Assembly (NCBI GenBank): GCA_049303675.1
Contig: JBAQNJ010000001.1
Span: forward strand, 408,711-472,710
Length of the DNA stretch: 64,000 bases
Source of the DNA: Microgenomates group bacterium
Lineage (GTDB): Bacteria; Patescibacteriota; Microgenomatia; UBA12405
Direction of reading: 5' to 3'
Shown here: piece by piece, positions 53,922 to 62,765 of the stretch
Position numbering within the stretch: position 1 is the first letter of the stretch
Layout of the letters: every line of letters starts with the position of its first letter
Made by a program: the position numbers and the translations under genes
The notes under the pieces: generated by a model
Told to the model about the DNA's origin: nothing
Database searches by the model: none
Seen by the model: only the letters and a program-made list of their open reading frames with translations

Positions 53922-55984
53922 CTGACTTCAACTATATCTTCTTCTGGTGGCTGGTCTATTTTGTCTTTGGGATGGCAGGACTACCGCTAACTTTTTATTT
54001 TTTTGGTAAATTTTGGGACAAAGGCTATATTTTTGCCAAGACAATTGGCTTAGTTATCACCACCTTTTTTATTTTGGTTTTTGGTATTTTCAAATTAATT
54101 CCCTTCTCTTCTGTCTCAGTAGTTTTTTTGATGATGGCCACTGCCTTAATCGGGCTTATTTTACTTAAGCAAAAAAATACTTTGAATACTTTTAATAGTA
54201 TTATCAGAACACATTGGAAAATATTTTTATTTGAAGAAATTATCTTTTTATTAATTCTTACCCTCTGGAGTTATATTCGTGGTTTTGCCCCCGACATCGA
54301 AGGGCTAGAAAAATTTATGGACTGGGGATTTGTCAATTCGGCTCTTCGTTCTCAATTCATGCCCCCCCTTGATATGTGGTTCTCTGGTTTCCCCATAAAT
54401 TATTATTATTTTGGTCACCTCGAAATTGCCGTCTTGGCCAAAATAAGTACCCTTGATTCAGCTATAGTCTACAATTTAGCCATTGCTTCAACTTGTGCCC
54501 TGACTTTTGTTAATTCATTTTCCCTCGTGAGTAACCTCATTGCCAAATCCCTTTCAAAAATAAATTTACGATTAGTTGTACTCGGTGGGCTACTCTCTTC
54601 CCTGTTGTTAACTTTTGGCGGTAATCTACATCCTCTTTACAAAATTGGTGCCAACATAATCAAAAACGAAAGTCGGCTGATTATAAATCAAAAAACACTG
54701 ACTCAGGCTTCTTCATCTTATTGGTATCCGGATGCGACTCGGTTTATCGGCTTTGATCCAGATGTCCCTGACAAAACTATTCATGAATTTCCTTTATATA
54801 GCTTCGTCGTCGCCGATCTTCATGGACACATGAACGACATCCCCAACATATTATTGTTTATGGCGGTTTTACTTAGCTTATTTTTATTTAATTCTATTCA
54901 GAGTTTCTCTTGGGTCTTGATTCTTCCTTCCGCCTTTCTATTGTCTGTCGCCTACATGACCAATGCTTGGGATTTTGCAGTTTATGGACTTCTCTATGGC
55001 ATTTTTAGTGTTTTGTCACTATGGAACAGCCACAATTTTCGTCAGGCCATCATTGTCACCACCATCAACGGTCTGCTTGTCATTGTCTGTTGGTATATTT
55101 TCACCATACCTTTTTCACTCAATTTTTCTCCCATGACAGAGGGTCTCCGTTTATCTGATTCCCATTCACCTTTTTATCAACTTTTCGTGCTTTATGGCGG
55201 CTTTTGGCTAATTGCCCTGCCCTTTATTTTATTGGCAATAAAAAAAATGTTTTTTCATCACTTTTCACTAATCACTGATCACTTTATTCTTGCTCTAATT
55301 ATTACTGCCACCATTCTAATTATTATTCCCGAAGTTGGTTATATTAAGGATATTTATATATTTGAGCATCGTCGGGCCAACACCATGTTCAAACTGGTCT
55401 ATCAGGCTTTTATCTTGTATTCTTTAGTTTCTGGCTACATATTGGTCAAATTTCGACAAAACCTGTTTGCCAAAATCATTATCATTTTAGTCATGGCTAG
55501 CCATCTAATTTATCCTTTTTTTGCTATCAAGGGCTATTATCCCCTGACTGAATATAAAGGTATCTGGGGTCTCAACTTTCTCAAAAACAACTACCCCGAC
55601 AATTTGACTGCTATTAATTGGCTTAACAAAAATATCTCCGGCCAACCCGTAATTTTGGAGGCTGTCGGCGATAGTTACACTACCTTTAATCAGGTTTCCA
55701 TGGCTACTGGTTTACCTACTGTTGAGGGCTGGATAGTTCACGAATGGCTCTGGCGCGGCGGTTATGACCAGCCCAGTGCTCGTCAAAACGATGTCCAAAA
55801 AATATATGAATCTAGTGACCCAACCGAAGTTAGAAGTCTACTCCAAAAATATTCAGTCGAATATATTTTTGTAGGTGACAAAGAGAGAGAAAAATATTCA
55901 ACTCTGGACGAAAAAATGTTTGAAAATATCGGTGCCAAATCTGTCTTTCAGTCAGGGCAAACAAAAGTTTATAAAATATTTTAA
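53912..55984 (+). CDS. large polytopic membrane protein, putative GT-C-like glycosyltransferase with C-terminal soluble domain
   Basis: About 690 aa, more than 12 TM segments, YYYFGHLEIA loop, C-terminal extracytoplasmic domain of about 170 aa. Track ORF starts at 53819 inside the epimerase gene; the ATG at 53912 is more likely. Confidence 0.45.
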   Translation: MFLTDFNYIFFWWLVYFVFGMAGLPLTFYFFGKFWDKGYIFAKTIGLVITTFFILVFGIFKLIPFSSVSVVFLMMATALIGLILLKQKNTLNTFNSIIRTHWKIFLFEEIIFLLILTLWSYIRGFAPDIEGLEKFMDWGFVNSALRSQFMPPLDMWFSGFPINYYYFGHLEIAVLAKISTLDSAIVYNLAIASTCALTFVNSFSLVSNLIAKSLSKINLRLVVLGGLLSSLLLTFGGNLHPLYKIGANIIKNESRLIINQKTLTQASSSYWYPDATRFIGFDPDVPDKTIHEFPLYSFVVADLHGHMNDIPNILLFMAVLLSLFLFNSIQSFSWVLILPSAFLLSVAYMTNAWDFAVYGLLYGIFSVLSLWNSHNFRQAIIVTTINGLLVIVCWYIFTIPFSLNFSPMTEGLRLSDSHSPFYQLFVLYGGFWLIALPFILLAIKKMFFHHFSLITDHFILALIITATILIIIPEVGYIKDIYIFEHRRANTMFKLVYQAFILYSLVSGYILVKFRQNLFAKIIIILVMASHLIYPFFAIKGYYPLTEYKGIWGLNFLKNNYPDNLTAINWLNKNISGQPVILEAVGDSYTTFNQVSMATGLPTVEGWIVHEWLWRGGYDQPSARQNDVQKIYESSDPTEVRSLLQKYSVEYIFVGDKEREKYSTLDEKMFENIGAKSVFQSGQTKVYKIF

Positions 55985-55994
55985 GTGTCTTCCT

Positions 55995-56030
55995 TGTTAA
56001 TTCGTAATTCGTAATTGATAATTAGTAATT
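55995..56030. repeat. heptanucleotide tandem repeat (TCGTAAT x2 plus variants), intergenic upstream of uvrD
   Basis: tgttaat tcgtaat tcgtaat tgataat tagtaat. Same family as the repeats at 39695 and 41273. Confidence 0.7.
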
Positions 56031-56036
56031 AAATAT

Positions 56037-57914
56037 ATGTCCGATCTACTTCACGGGTTGAACCCTGCTCAACGCCAAGCAGTCCTCCATAACGGCTCTC
56101 CTTTGCTGCTTTTAGCTGGCGCTGGTTCTGGAAAAACTCGTGTCTTGACACATCGAGCTGCCAATTTAATTCTTACCCACCAGGCAACTGCATCCCAAAT
56201 ATTATTGCTCACATTTACCAACAAAGCCGCCATGGAGATGAAAGATAGAATGGGAAAATTAATTAATAATCCAAAAAACACAGTATTTGCAGGCACATTC
56301 CACTCTTTTTGTTGTCGTATCTTAAGAAAAGATGGTCATCACTTAGGCATTCGCCCTGATTTTGTTATCTACGATTCTGACGACCAAGAAACACTTATTA
56401 AAAATATTTTAAAAGATCTCAATTTAACTACTCAAGAATTCAAGCCTAGTTCTGTCATGTACTTTATCGAAGACTGCAAAAATAAATATATCTCTGCCGC
56501 CGACTCCGAAAACATCTCCACTGGTTTTTGGAACAAGCAGGCTAGTAAAATTTACCACCTCTATCAACAAAAGCTTACTGATTATCAAGCCCTTGATTTC
56601 AACGATCTCTTATTCAAAACAGTCAAGTTATTTAATGATTTTCCCGAAGTTTTAGATAAATATCAAGAGATCTATCGCCACATTTTAGTCGACGAGTATC
56701 AGGACACCAATCAAATTCAATATTTACTGACTCGTCTTTTGGCCAACAAATATTTTCAGGTAACTGCAGTCGGCGATGCCTCACAGGCAATCTATGGTTG
56801 GCGTGGCGCCAATTACAAAAATTTAGTTAATTACACCAATGACTTTGCCAATGCTACCACTATCAATCTCGAAGAAAATTATCGCTCCACCCAAATAATT
56901 CTAGATGCTGCCAATTCCGTTATCCAGAAAAATAATTCCCATCCAGTCCTTAAGTTATTTACCCGCAAAAAATCTTCTGACTTAATTAAAATATTTGCCG
57001 CCGACTCCGAAGTTGCTGAGGCGGATTATATTGCCTCTAAAATTCAATTTATCTATGCCAACCTGCGTATTCCCTATCGACAAATTGCTGTCCTCTACCG
57101 GATGAATGCCCAATCTCGTGTCCTTGAAGAGGCTTTTCTCAAATACTCTATCCCCTATGTTTTAATTGGTGGGCTACGTTTTTATGATCGCTCCGAAGTC
57201 AAAGATGTTATTGCCATGCTCCGAGTTGTTCGCAACAGTGATGACCACCTTTCCCAAGAACGGGTCCAAAAAGCCATCGGTAAACGCAAAAAAGTCTTAT
57301 TCGATCAACATCTACCCGACATCGACGTCGACCACCTATCCTCCACTCAAATTCTCGAATCAGTGCTCAACTTTTCTAGCTATTTGTCAAAATATGACGC
57401 CACCGAAGAAGACGACCAAAAGAGAATTGAAAACATCAAAGAATTATCCTCGGTGGCTGCTACCTATCCCTCACTCAATGATTTTTTAGAAAACATCGCC
57501 CTAGTTCAGCAAGAATATTCTATTCAGGAAAAAAATAAGAAAAAAGAAAGCCGCGAAGGCGTTCGTCTCATGACTCTCCATAGTAGCAAAGGTCTCGAGT
57601 TTGAAGTGGTATTTTTGGTGGGCTTTGAGGAGGGGATTTTACCTCATTCTCGGTCAATGATTGATGATTCGGATATCGAGGAGGAGCGTCGACTTTGTTA
57701 TGTTGGTATTACCCGAGCCAAGGATTATTTATATATTTCCTATGCTACACGGCGACTATTTTTTGGCAAAAGTTCTTTAAACGAACCTTCCCGATTTCTG
57801 ATTGATATCCCCGAAAAACTAATTGAGTTTGAAAAATCATTAGACATCTCCCACGATTTACGAAAACCAAAAAAAGAAAGTAGCGATTTAGTCTACGACC
57901 CTGATATATACTAG
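56037..57914 (+). CDS. uvrD: UvrD/PcrA/Rep family ATP-dependent DNA helicase
   Basis: LNPAQRQAV...LLLAGAGSGKTRVLTHR (motifs Q and I), DEYQDTN (motif II), C-terminal VGITRAKD. Confidence 0.9.
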   Translation: MSDLLHGLNPAQRQAVLHNGSPLLLLAGAGSGKTRVLTHRAANLILTHQATASQILLLTFTNKAAMEMKDRMGKLINNPKNTVFAGTFHSFCCRILRKDGHHLGIRPDFVIYDSDDQETLIKNILKDLNLTTQEFKPSSVMYFIEDCKNKYISAADSENISTGFWNKQASKIYHLYQQKLTDYQALDFNDLLFKTVKLFNDFPEVLDKYQEIYRHILVDEYQDTNQIQYLLTRLLANKYFQVTAVGDASQAIYGWRGANYKNLVNYTNDFANATTINLEENYRSTQIILDAANSVIQKNNSHPVLKLFTRKKSSDLIKIFAADSEVAEADYIASKIQFIYANLRIPYRQIAVLYRMNAQSRVLEEAFLKYSIPYVLIGGLRFYDRSEVKDVIAMLRVVRNSDDHLSQERVQKAIGKRKKVLFDQHLPDIDVDHLSSTQILESVLNFSSYLSKYDATEEDDQKRIENIKELSSVAATYPSLNDFLENIALVQQEYSIQEKNKKKESREGVRLMTLHSSKGLEFEVVFLVGFEEGILPHSRSMIDDSDIEEERRLCYVGITRAKDYLYISYATRRLFFGKSSLNEPSRFLIDIPEKLIEFEKSLDISHDLRKPKKESSDLVYDPDIY

Positions 57915-57917
57915 TCT

Positions 57918-58967
57918 ATGATTACTCGAATACTTTATGACGAGGAAAAGCTAGCCTACAACAAGCTGGTCAAGCACCCTATCCAAACGTGGGAATGGGG
58001 TGATTTTCAGAAGAAAGAGGGTCATCGAGTCTATCGTCTTGGTGTATTCGAAAATGACAAATTGATTTCTGCCTACAGTGTTAGTTTTCATGGTATTCCT
58101 CACACCAAATATTCTATCGGTACAATTTTGCGCGGACCAGCTATTGATATCGAAATGATCAACAACATCCGCAAAATTGCCCTCGACGAAAACGCCATCT
58201 TTGTCAAATTTGAGCCAGATGTCTATCAAAAAACTTTTGACCTCAACAATCAACCGACAACTGTCAACGAGCTCCCTCATTTTAATGATCTTCATGTCTC
58301 TCCCAAGGTGGCCTTTTATCCTTATTCTTATGTAATTGATTTGTCTCAGACCGAAGACGAGCTCTTAGCTGCCATGCATAGCAAAACACGTTACAATATC
58401 AAAATTGCCAATCGTCACGGAGTGAAAGTGGAGGAGGTCAATACCGCTGCTGGCTTTGCCAAATATTTAGAATTATTGTTTGATACCACCAAGAGGCAGG
58501 GATTCTATCTCCATTCTCACAATTATCACCGTACCCAATGGGAAATACTTCAGAAAACCAAAATCCCTCACATTATGCTCGCCTCCTATCAAGGCAAGGT
58601 GCTCTCTGCCTTCATGCTATTTACACTCGGCAAAAAACTATTTTATCCCTATGGCGCTTCACTCGATATCCATCGGGAAGTCATGGCCCCCACCCTTCTG
58701 ATGTGGGAATGTATCAAGTTTGGTAAGCAAATGGGTCTCAAAACTTTTGACATGTGGGGCAGTCTCGGCCCCGATGCTCGCGAGTCCGATCAAGGCTATG
58801 GTTTTCATCGCTTCAAACAAAGTTATGGCGGTCAGCTAGTTCAATTTATCGGCACTTATGATCTAGTTATTTCACCCAAACTTTATCAACTCTACAATCT
58901 AGTTGACAAATATCGCTGGAAACTATTGCGCCTTCGCGCCGATATAATTGGCAGATTTAAATCATAA
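57918..58967 (+). CDS. FemAB-family aminoacyl-tRNA-dependent peptidyltransferase-like protein
   Basis: 349 aa with two GNAT-like halves: LRGPAID...FVKFEP and SYQGKVLSAFMLFTLGK...YPYGAS pattern of FemX/MurM. Confidence 0.55.
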   Translation: MITRILYDEEKLAYNKLVKHPIQTWEWGDFQKKEGHRVYRLGVFENDKLISAYSVSFHGIPHTKYSIGTILRGPAIDIEMINNIRKIALDENAIFVKFEPDVYQKTFDLNNQPTTVNELPHFNDLHVSPKVAFYPYSYVIDLSQTEDELLAAMHSKTRYNIKIANRHGVKVEEVNTAAGFAKYLELLFDTTKRQGFYLHSHNYHRTQWEILQKTKIPHIMLASYQGKVLSAFMLFTLGKKLFYPYGASLDIHREVMAPTLLMWECIKFGKQMGLKTFDMWGSLGPDARESDQGYGFHRFKQSYGGQLVQFIGTYDLVISPKLYQLYNLVDKYRWKLLRLRADIIGRFKS

Positions 58968-59210
58968 TTCAATTAGGTCAAGTCTTAGAGTACCACTGTA
59001 TGGTTTATCAAGTATCGCATTTTCTGCTTCTAATACCGTTATTACCCTTGCACTAGATATTAGTGCAAAGTTCCTATCTCGACTTTCACCATCAATTACC
59101 CAACGATGAAGGGCTTTTTTCCTATCGTCTTCAAAATATGCGATTAGTTTATCTCTATTTGTTATCAATTGTTCATCAGCCATGCCAGATAATATCATAA
59201 AACAATTCAT
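58962..59210 (-). CDS. hypothetical small protein
   Basis: 82-aa ORF. Confidence 0.3.
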   Translation of the reverse strand: MNCFMILSGMADEQLITNRDKLIAYFEDDRKKALHRWVIDGESRDRNFALISSARVITVLEAENAILDKPYSGTLRLDLIEL

Positions 59211-59230
59211 AATCCGAGTATTATTTACCT

Positions 59231-59817
59231 ATGCCATGGATTAATTATCCATTTAAATTTGAAAAACGGTACCGTCGGGTGGTTGGGATTATTCCAATAA
59301 TGGATATTATTTTATAACAATTTGTACCAAGGATAGGGTGAATTATTTTGGTGAAATTGTTAATAACAAAATGTATTTATCTGAAATTGGTGATCTGGTT
59401 AGTAAATATTGGTGCGAAATACCACATCATTTTAATGATATTAGAATTGATAAATACGTCGTTATGCCAAATCATTTTCATGGAATATTAATCGTAAACA
59501 AAACCAACAATAATGTAGGAACGCATTATAATGCGTTCCTACCAACAGGAATAAAAAACAATGTTGATTTACAACAACCGGCCGTTAACGCTAAATATAG
59601 AGATTTGGCGAATAAATCAATCCAAACAATTCCCTTGGCAATCAAATTATTTAAAAGATCTGTTAAAAAATATGCCAACCAAAACAATATCACCTTTGCC
59701 TGGCAACCCCGATTTCATGATCGGATTATCAGATCAGAAAAAGAATATTGGGCAAAACGAATTTATATTGAGAACAATCCCGAAAATTGGGGGAAAGATA
59801 TTGAACATCTTATGTAG
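59231..59817 (+). mobile_element. IS200-like / REP-associated tyrosine transposase (RAYT, HUH-Y1) gene, frameshifted, carrying a palindrome insertion
   Basis: ATG at 59231 (MPWINYPFKFEKRY, frame 2), then frame 1 from about 59263: GGWDYSNNGYYFITICTKDRVNYFGEIV (RAYT N-terminal signature), VMPNHFHGIL (HuH) and YIENNP (catalytic Tyr). The frameshift lies near 59265-59275. Confidence 0.7.
59515..59542. repeat. 28-bp perfect palindrome GTAGGAACGCATTATAATGCGTTCCTAC (REP-like), copy inside the RAYT coding sequence
   Basis: Identical to 59814-59841. Encodes VGTHYNAFLP within the transposase. Confidence 0.85.
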
Positions 59818-59841
59818 GAACGCATTATAATGCGTTCCTAC
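59814..59841. repeat. 28-bp perfect palindrome GTAGGAACGCATTATAATGCGTTCCTAC overlapping the RAYT stop codon
   Basis: Exact second copy, 299 bp downstream of the first. Confidence 0.85.
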
Positions 59842-59925
59842 ATGAATAAATAATCAAACCTTAATAATCTTCAACATAAAAATTCAAACCATAACATTCA
59901 ATTATTTATTAGGTTAAAATACCCT

Positions 59926-60228
59926 ATGTCCTCAATCATTACCGATGATGTTATTACAAAAGTAGCGAAGTTGGCCAGAATCAACATTCCTACCAAAAAA
60001 GTCAGTTTATTTGCCAGTCAACTTGAGCCAATATTAGAACATTTTGAGTCCTTATCAAAAGTTGACACCAAAAATGTTATCCCTACCTATCAAACCACTG
60101 GTTTAAATACCACTCTCCGTAATGATGACATTGATACAAATCGTATGTTAACCCAAAAACAGGCAACATCAAACGCACCAAAATCACAAGATGGCTATTT
60201 TGTTACTTCCGCCACTATTCACAAATAA
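59926..60228 (+). CDS. gatC: Asp-tRNA(Asn)/Glu-tRNA(Gln) amidotransferase subunit C
   Basis: 100 aa, VAKLARINIP...LEPILEHFESL GatC pattern, immediately upstream of gatA. Confidence 0.8.
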   Translation: MSSIITDDVITKVAKLARINIPTKKVSLFASQLEPILEHFESLSKVDTKNVIPTYQTTGLNTTLRNDDIDTNRMLTQKQATSNAPKSQDGYFVTSATIHK

Positions 60229-60229
60229 T

Positions 60230-61651
60230 ATGTTACTAGACAAATCAATTTCCGAATTAGCCTCAGGTCTACGTGCCAGCGAGTTTACCTCAGTCCATTT
60301 GATCAATGAATGCTATGACAATATTGAAAAATATAACTCAAAGGTCAATGCTTTTATAACTATAATTCCTCGTCAGACTGCATTATCAAACGCAAAATCC
60401 ATTAAATTTACCTCTCCCCTATCCGGCATTCCTTTTGTTCTCAAAGACTGTTTTGTCACCGAAGGGATAAGAACTACTGCTGCCTCAAAAGTATTAGAAA
60501 ATTTTATTCCACCCTACAGTGCCACAATTTACAAAAAACTAATTGATGCCGGGGCGATATTAATTGGCAAAATGAATATGGATGCTTGGGGACATGGTGG
60601 ATCATCGGAAAATACAGACTTTGGCCCAGTCAAAAATCCTTGGGATTTATCTCGTGTGGCTGGCGGTTCCGGCGGAGGTCCAGCGGTTGCTATCGCCACT
60701 CGTATGGCAGTTTTTGCCATCGGCGAAGACACCGGCGGTTCAATTCGTAATCCTGCCGGATGGACTAACACCACTGGTTTAAAAGTAACCTATGGCCGAG
60801 TTTCTCGTTATGGCGCCATTGCTTATGCTTCATCTTTTGACACTGTCGGTCCGGTAGCCAAAACTGTCGATGATTGTGCCATTGTTCTGGAAACAATCGC
60901 TGGTGTTGATCCCTACGACGCCACCTCCTCACCACATCCAGTTCCCAGTTATTCAAAATTGCTAAATAAAAATTTGTCAGAAGTAACTGTCGGTATTCCC
61001 CAAGAATTTTATGGTGAGGGGATTGATCTAGAAATAAAAGAGGCTGTCCTAAAAGTTTCGACTGATTTGCAAAAAGCTGGTGCCAAAATCAAAGAAATTT
61101 CTATGCCACTTTTTGACCTATGTTTACCGGTATATTATTTAATTGGACCCAGTGAAACTTCTTCCAATTTAGCCCGATATGATGGCATCCGTTATGGTCA
61201 GGATCGACAAAATTTTACTGACGAAACCATTCGCCGAATCTTAATTGGAACTTATGCCCTGTCTGCCGGTTACTACGATGCCTACTACAAAAAAGCCCAG
61301 CAGGTTCGGACTCTTTTTATCGAAGAATACAAAAAAGCCCTTGATCAGTGTGATATTTTGCTTCAGCCAATAATGCCTGCTCGTCCACCAAAATTTGGTG
61401 AGTTACTTTCCGATCCACTCCAAAATTTATTAGCCGATATTTATACTGTTTCCCAAAATCCTGTCGGTGTCCCCTCTCTAGCTCTTCCCTGTGGATTTAC
61501 CAAATCAGGATTACCCATTGGCGCCCAAATTGTCGGCAAAATGTTTTCCGAAGAATTGCTACTTAGTATCGGTCATGAGTATCAAAAATTAACAAATCAT
61601 CATTTAAAGTCTCCCTTGTTAAAGGGAGATTTAGAGGGATTGAAATTATGA
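60230..61651 (+). CDS. gatA: Asp-tRNA(Asn)/Glu-tRNA(Gln) amidotransferase subunit A (amidase signature)
   Basis: Amidase signature region GGSSGGSAAAVA-like (AGGSGGGPAVAIA) and Ser-cisSer-Lys residues. Track ORF starts at 60191; the ATG at 60230 follows the gatC stop. Confidence 0.9.
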   Translation: MLLDKSISELASGLRASEFTSVHLINECYDNIEKYNSKVNAFITIIPRQTALSNAKSIKFTSPLSGIPFVLKDCFVTEGIRTTAASKVLENFIPPYSATIYKKLIDAGAILIGKMNMDAWGHGGSSENTDFGPVKNPWDLSRVAGGSGGGPAVAIATRMAVFAIGEDTGGSIRNPAGWTNTTGLKVTYGRVSRYGAIAYASSFDTVGPVAKTVDDCAIVLETIAGVDPYDATSSPHPVPSYSKLLNKNLSEVTVGIPQEFYGEGIDLEIKEAVLKVSTDLQKAGAKIKEISMPLFDLCLPVYYLIGPSETSSNLARYDGIRYGQDRQNFTDETIRRILIGTYALSAGYYDAYYKKAQQVRTLFIEEYKKALDQCDILLQPIMPARPPKFGELLSDPLQNLLADIYTVSQNPVGVPSLALPCGFTKSGLPIGAQIVGKMFSEELLLSIGHEYQKLTNHHLKSPLLKGDLEGLKL

Positions 61652-62232
61652 TATTTGATGCCGCCATAGTATTGGGAACCGGAATCAAACAAGACGGCTC
61701 TCTCCCAGACAGCTGTCTTTCCAATCTCAAAACCGCTATCAAATTATACAAAGATAAAAAAGTTTCCAAACTAATCTTCTCCGGTCGCTGGGCATGGAAC
61801 TGCAAGTTTACGCCCCCACTTACTGAAGCATTGGCTATGAAGCAAATCGCAATTAGTCGCAATGTCCCTGAATCGGATGTCTTCATAGAAGACAAATCAG
61901 TCACCACTGTCTCCAACATCTGTAACCTCAAACAAAATATTTTAATCCCCAACAATTATAAAAATATTATTTTAGTCTGTATTTCCGATATTGTCCGTGA
62001 TCGCAATGAATACAATTTAAAAATGGTGTTGGGTCCAGAATACACCTATGATATTGTTATCACCGACTCAGTCTACACACCTGAAAAATATGAAGAATTA
62101 AAAAACATTGAAACTGAAAAGTTGGGTGAATGTAAAAAATTTTATGTGGGTATCGCCGCTGGCGATCATCAGACAATACTCGAAAAATCAGATTACGATT
62201 TGCAAAAAAATTATCTTCACTTCAAAACATGA
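61648..62232 (+). CDS. DUF218 (YdcF/ElyC/SanA-like) domain protein
   Basis: DAAIVLGTGIKQDGS...LIFSGRWAW...EALAMKQIAISRNVPESDVFIEDKSVTTVSN, the DUF218 pattern. Confidence 0.55.
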   Translation: MIFDAAIVLGTGIKQDGSLPDSCLSNLKTAIKLYKDKKVSKLIFSGRWAWNCKFTPPLTEALAMKQIAISRNVPESDVFIEDKSVTTVSNICNLKQNILIPNNYKNIILVCISDIVRDRNEYNLKMVLGPEYTYDIVITDSVYTPEKYEELKNIETEKLGECKKFYVGIAAGDHQTILEKSDYDLQKNYLHFKT

Positions 62233-62765
62233 ACAATCCTTGGAAAACAATTAAAAAAAATATTATATACAAAAATAATTTTGGCTATACTGTTCGTGAT
62301 GATGATGTCATCACTCCCGCCGGTAAACCAGGAAAATTCATGGTTATCGAACACGACGATTTTGTGGTAATTGTTGCAGTTACCCCCGACAAGCACATTG
62401 TTTCAGTGCGTCAATGGCGTTATGCTAGGGAACAGGAATGTTTAGAGTTACCAGCCGGAAGTATTAATGAGGGTGAGGAAATTTTATCTGCCGCCAAACG
62501 AGAACTCCAAGAAGAAACTGGTTATAGCAGTGACAATTGGCAAGAATTACATTCATATTACGCTGGTTTAAATGCTATGAAAATTCGAGGACATATATTT
62601 TTAGCCAAAGATGCTGTACTATCCTCAGAACCACACAATGATGAGACAGAAAATATCATCGTCGAAACTCATACTTATTCAGAATTATTAGATATGATCG
62701 ATCAAAATGTTATCGCCAACGAGCACTCAATACTTGGATTATTTTTTGCAAAAAAATTTCTATGA
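62229..62765 (+). CDS. NUDIX hydrolase (ADP-ribose pyrophosphatase-like)
   Basis: Nudix box GSINEGEEILSAAKRELQEETGY. Confidence 0.85.
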   Translation: MNNPWKTIKKNIIYKNNFGYTVRDDDVITPAGKPGKFMVIEHDDFVVIVAVTPDKHIVSVRQWRYAREQECLELPAGSINEGEEILSAAKRELQEETGYSSDNWQELHSYYAGLNAMKIRGHIFLAKDAVLSSEPHNDETENIIVETHTYSELLDMIDQNVIANEHSILGLFFAKKFL

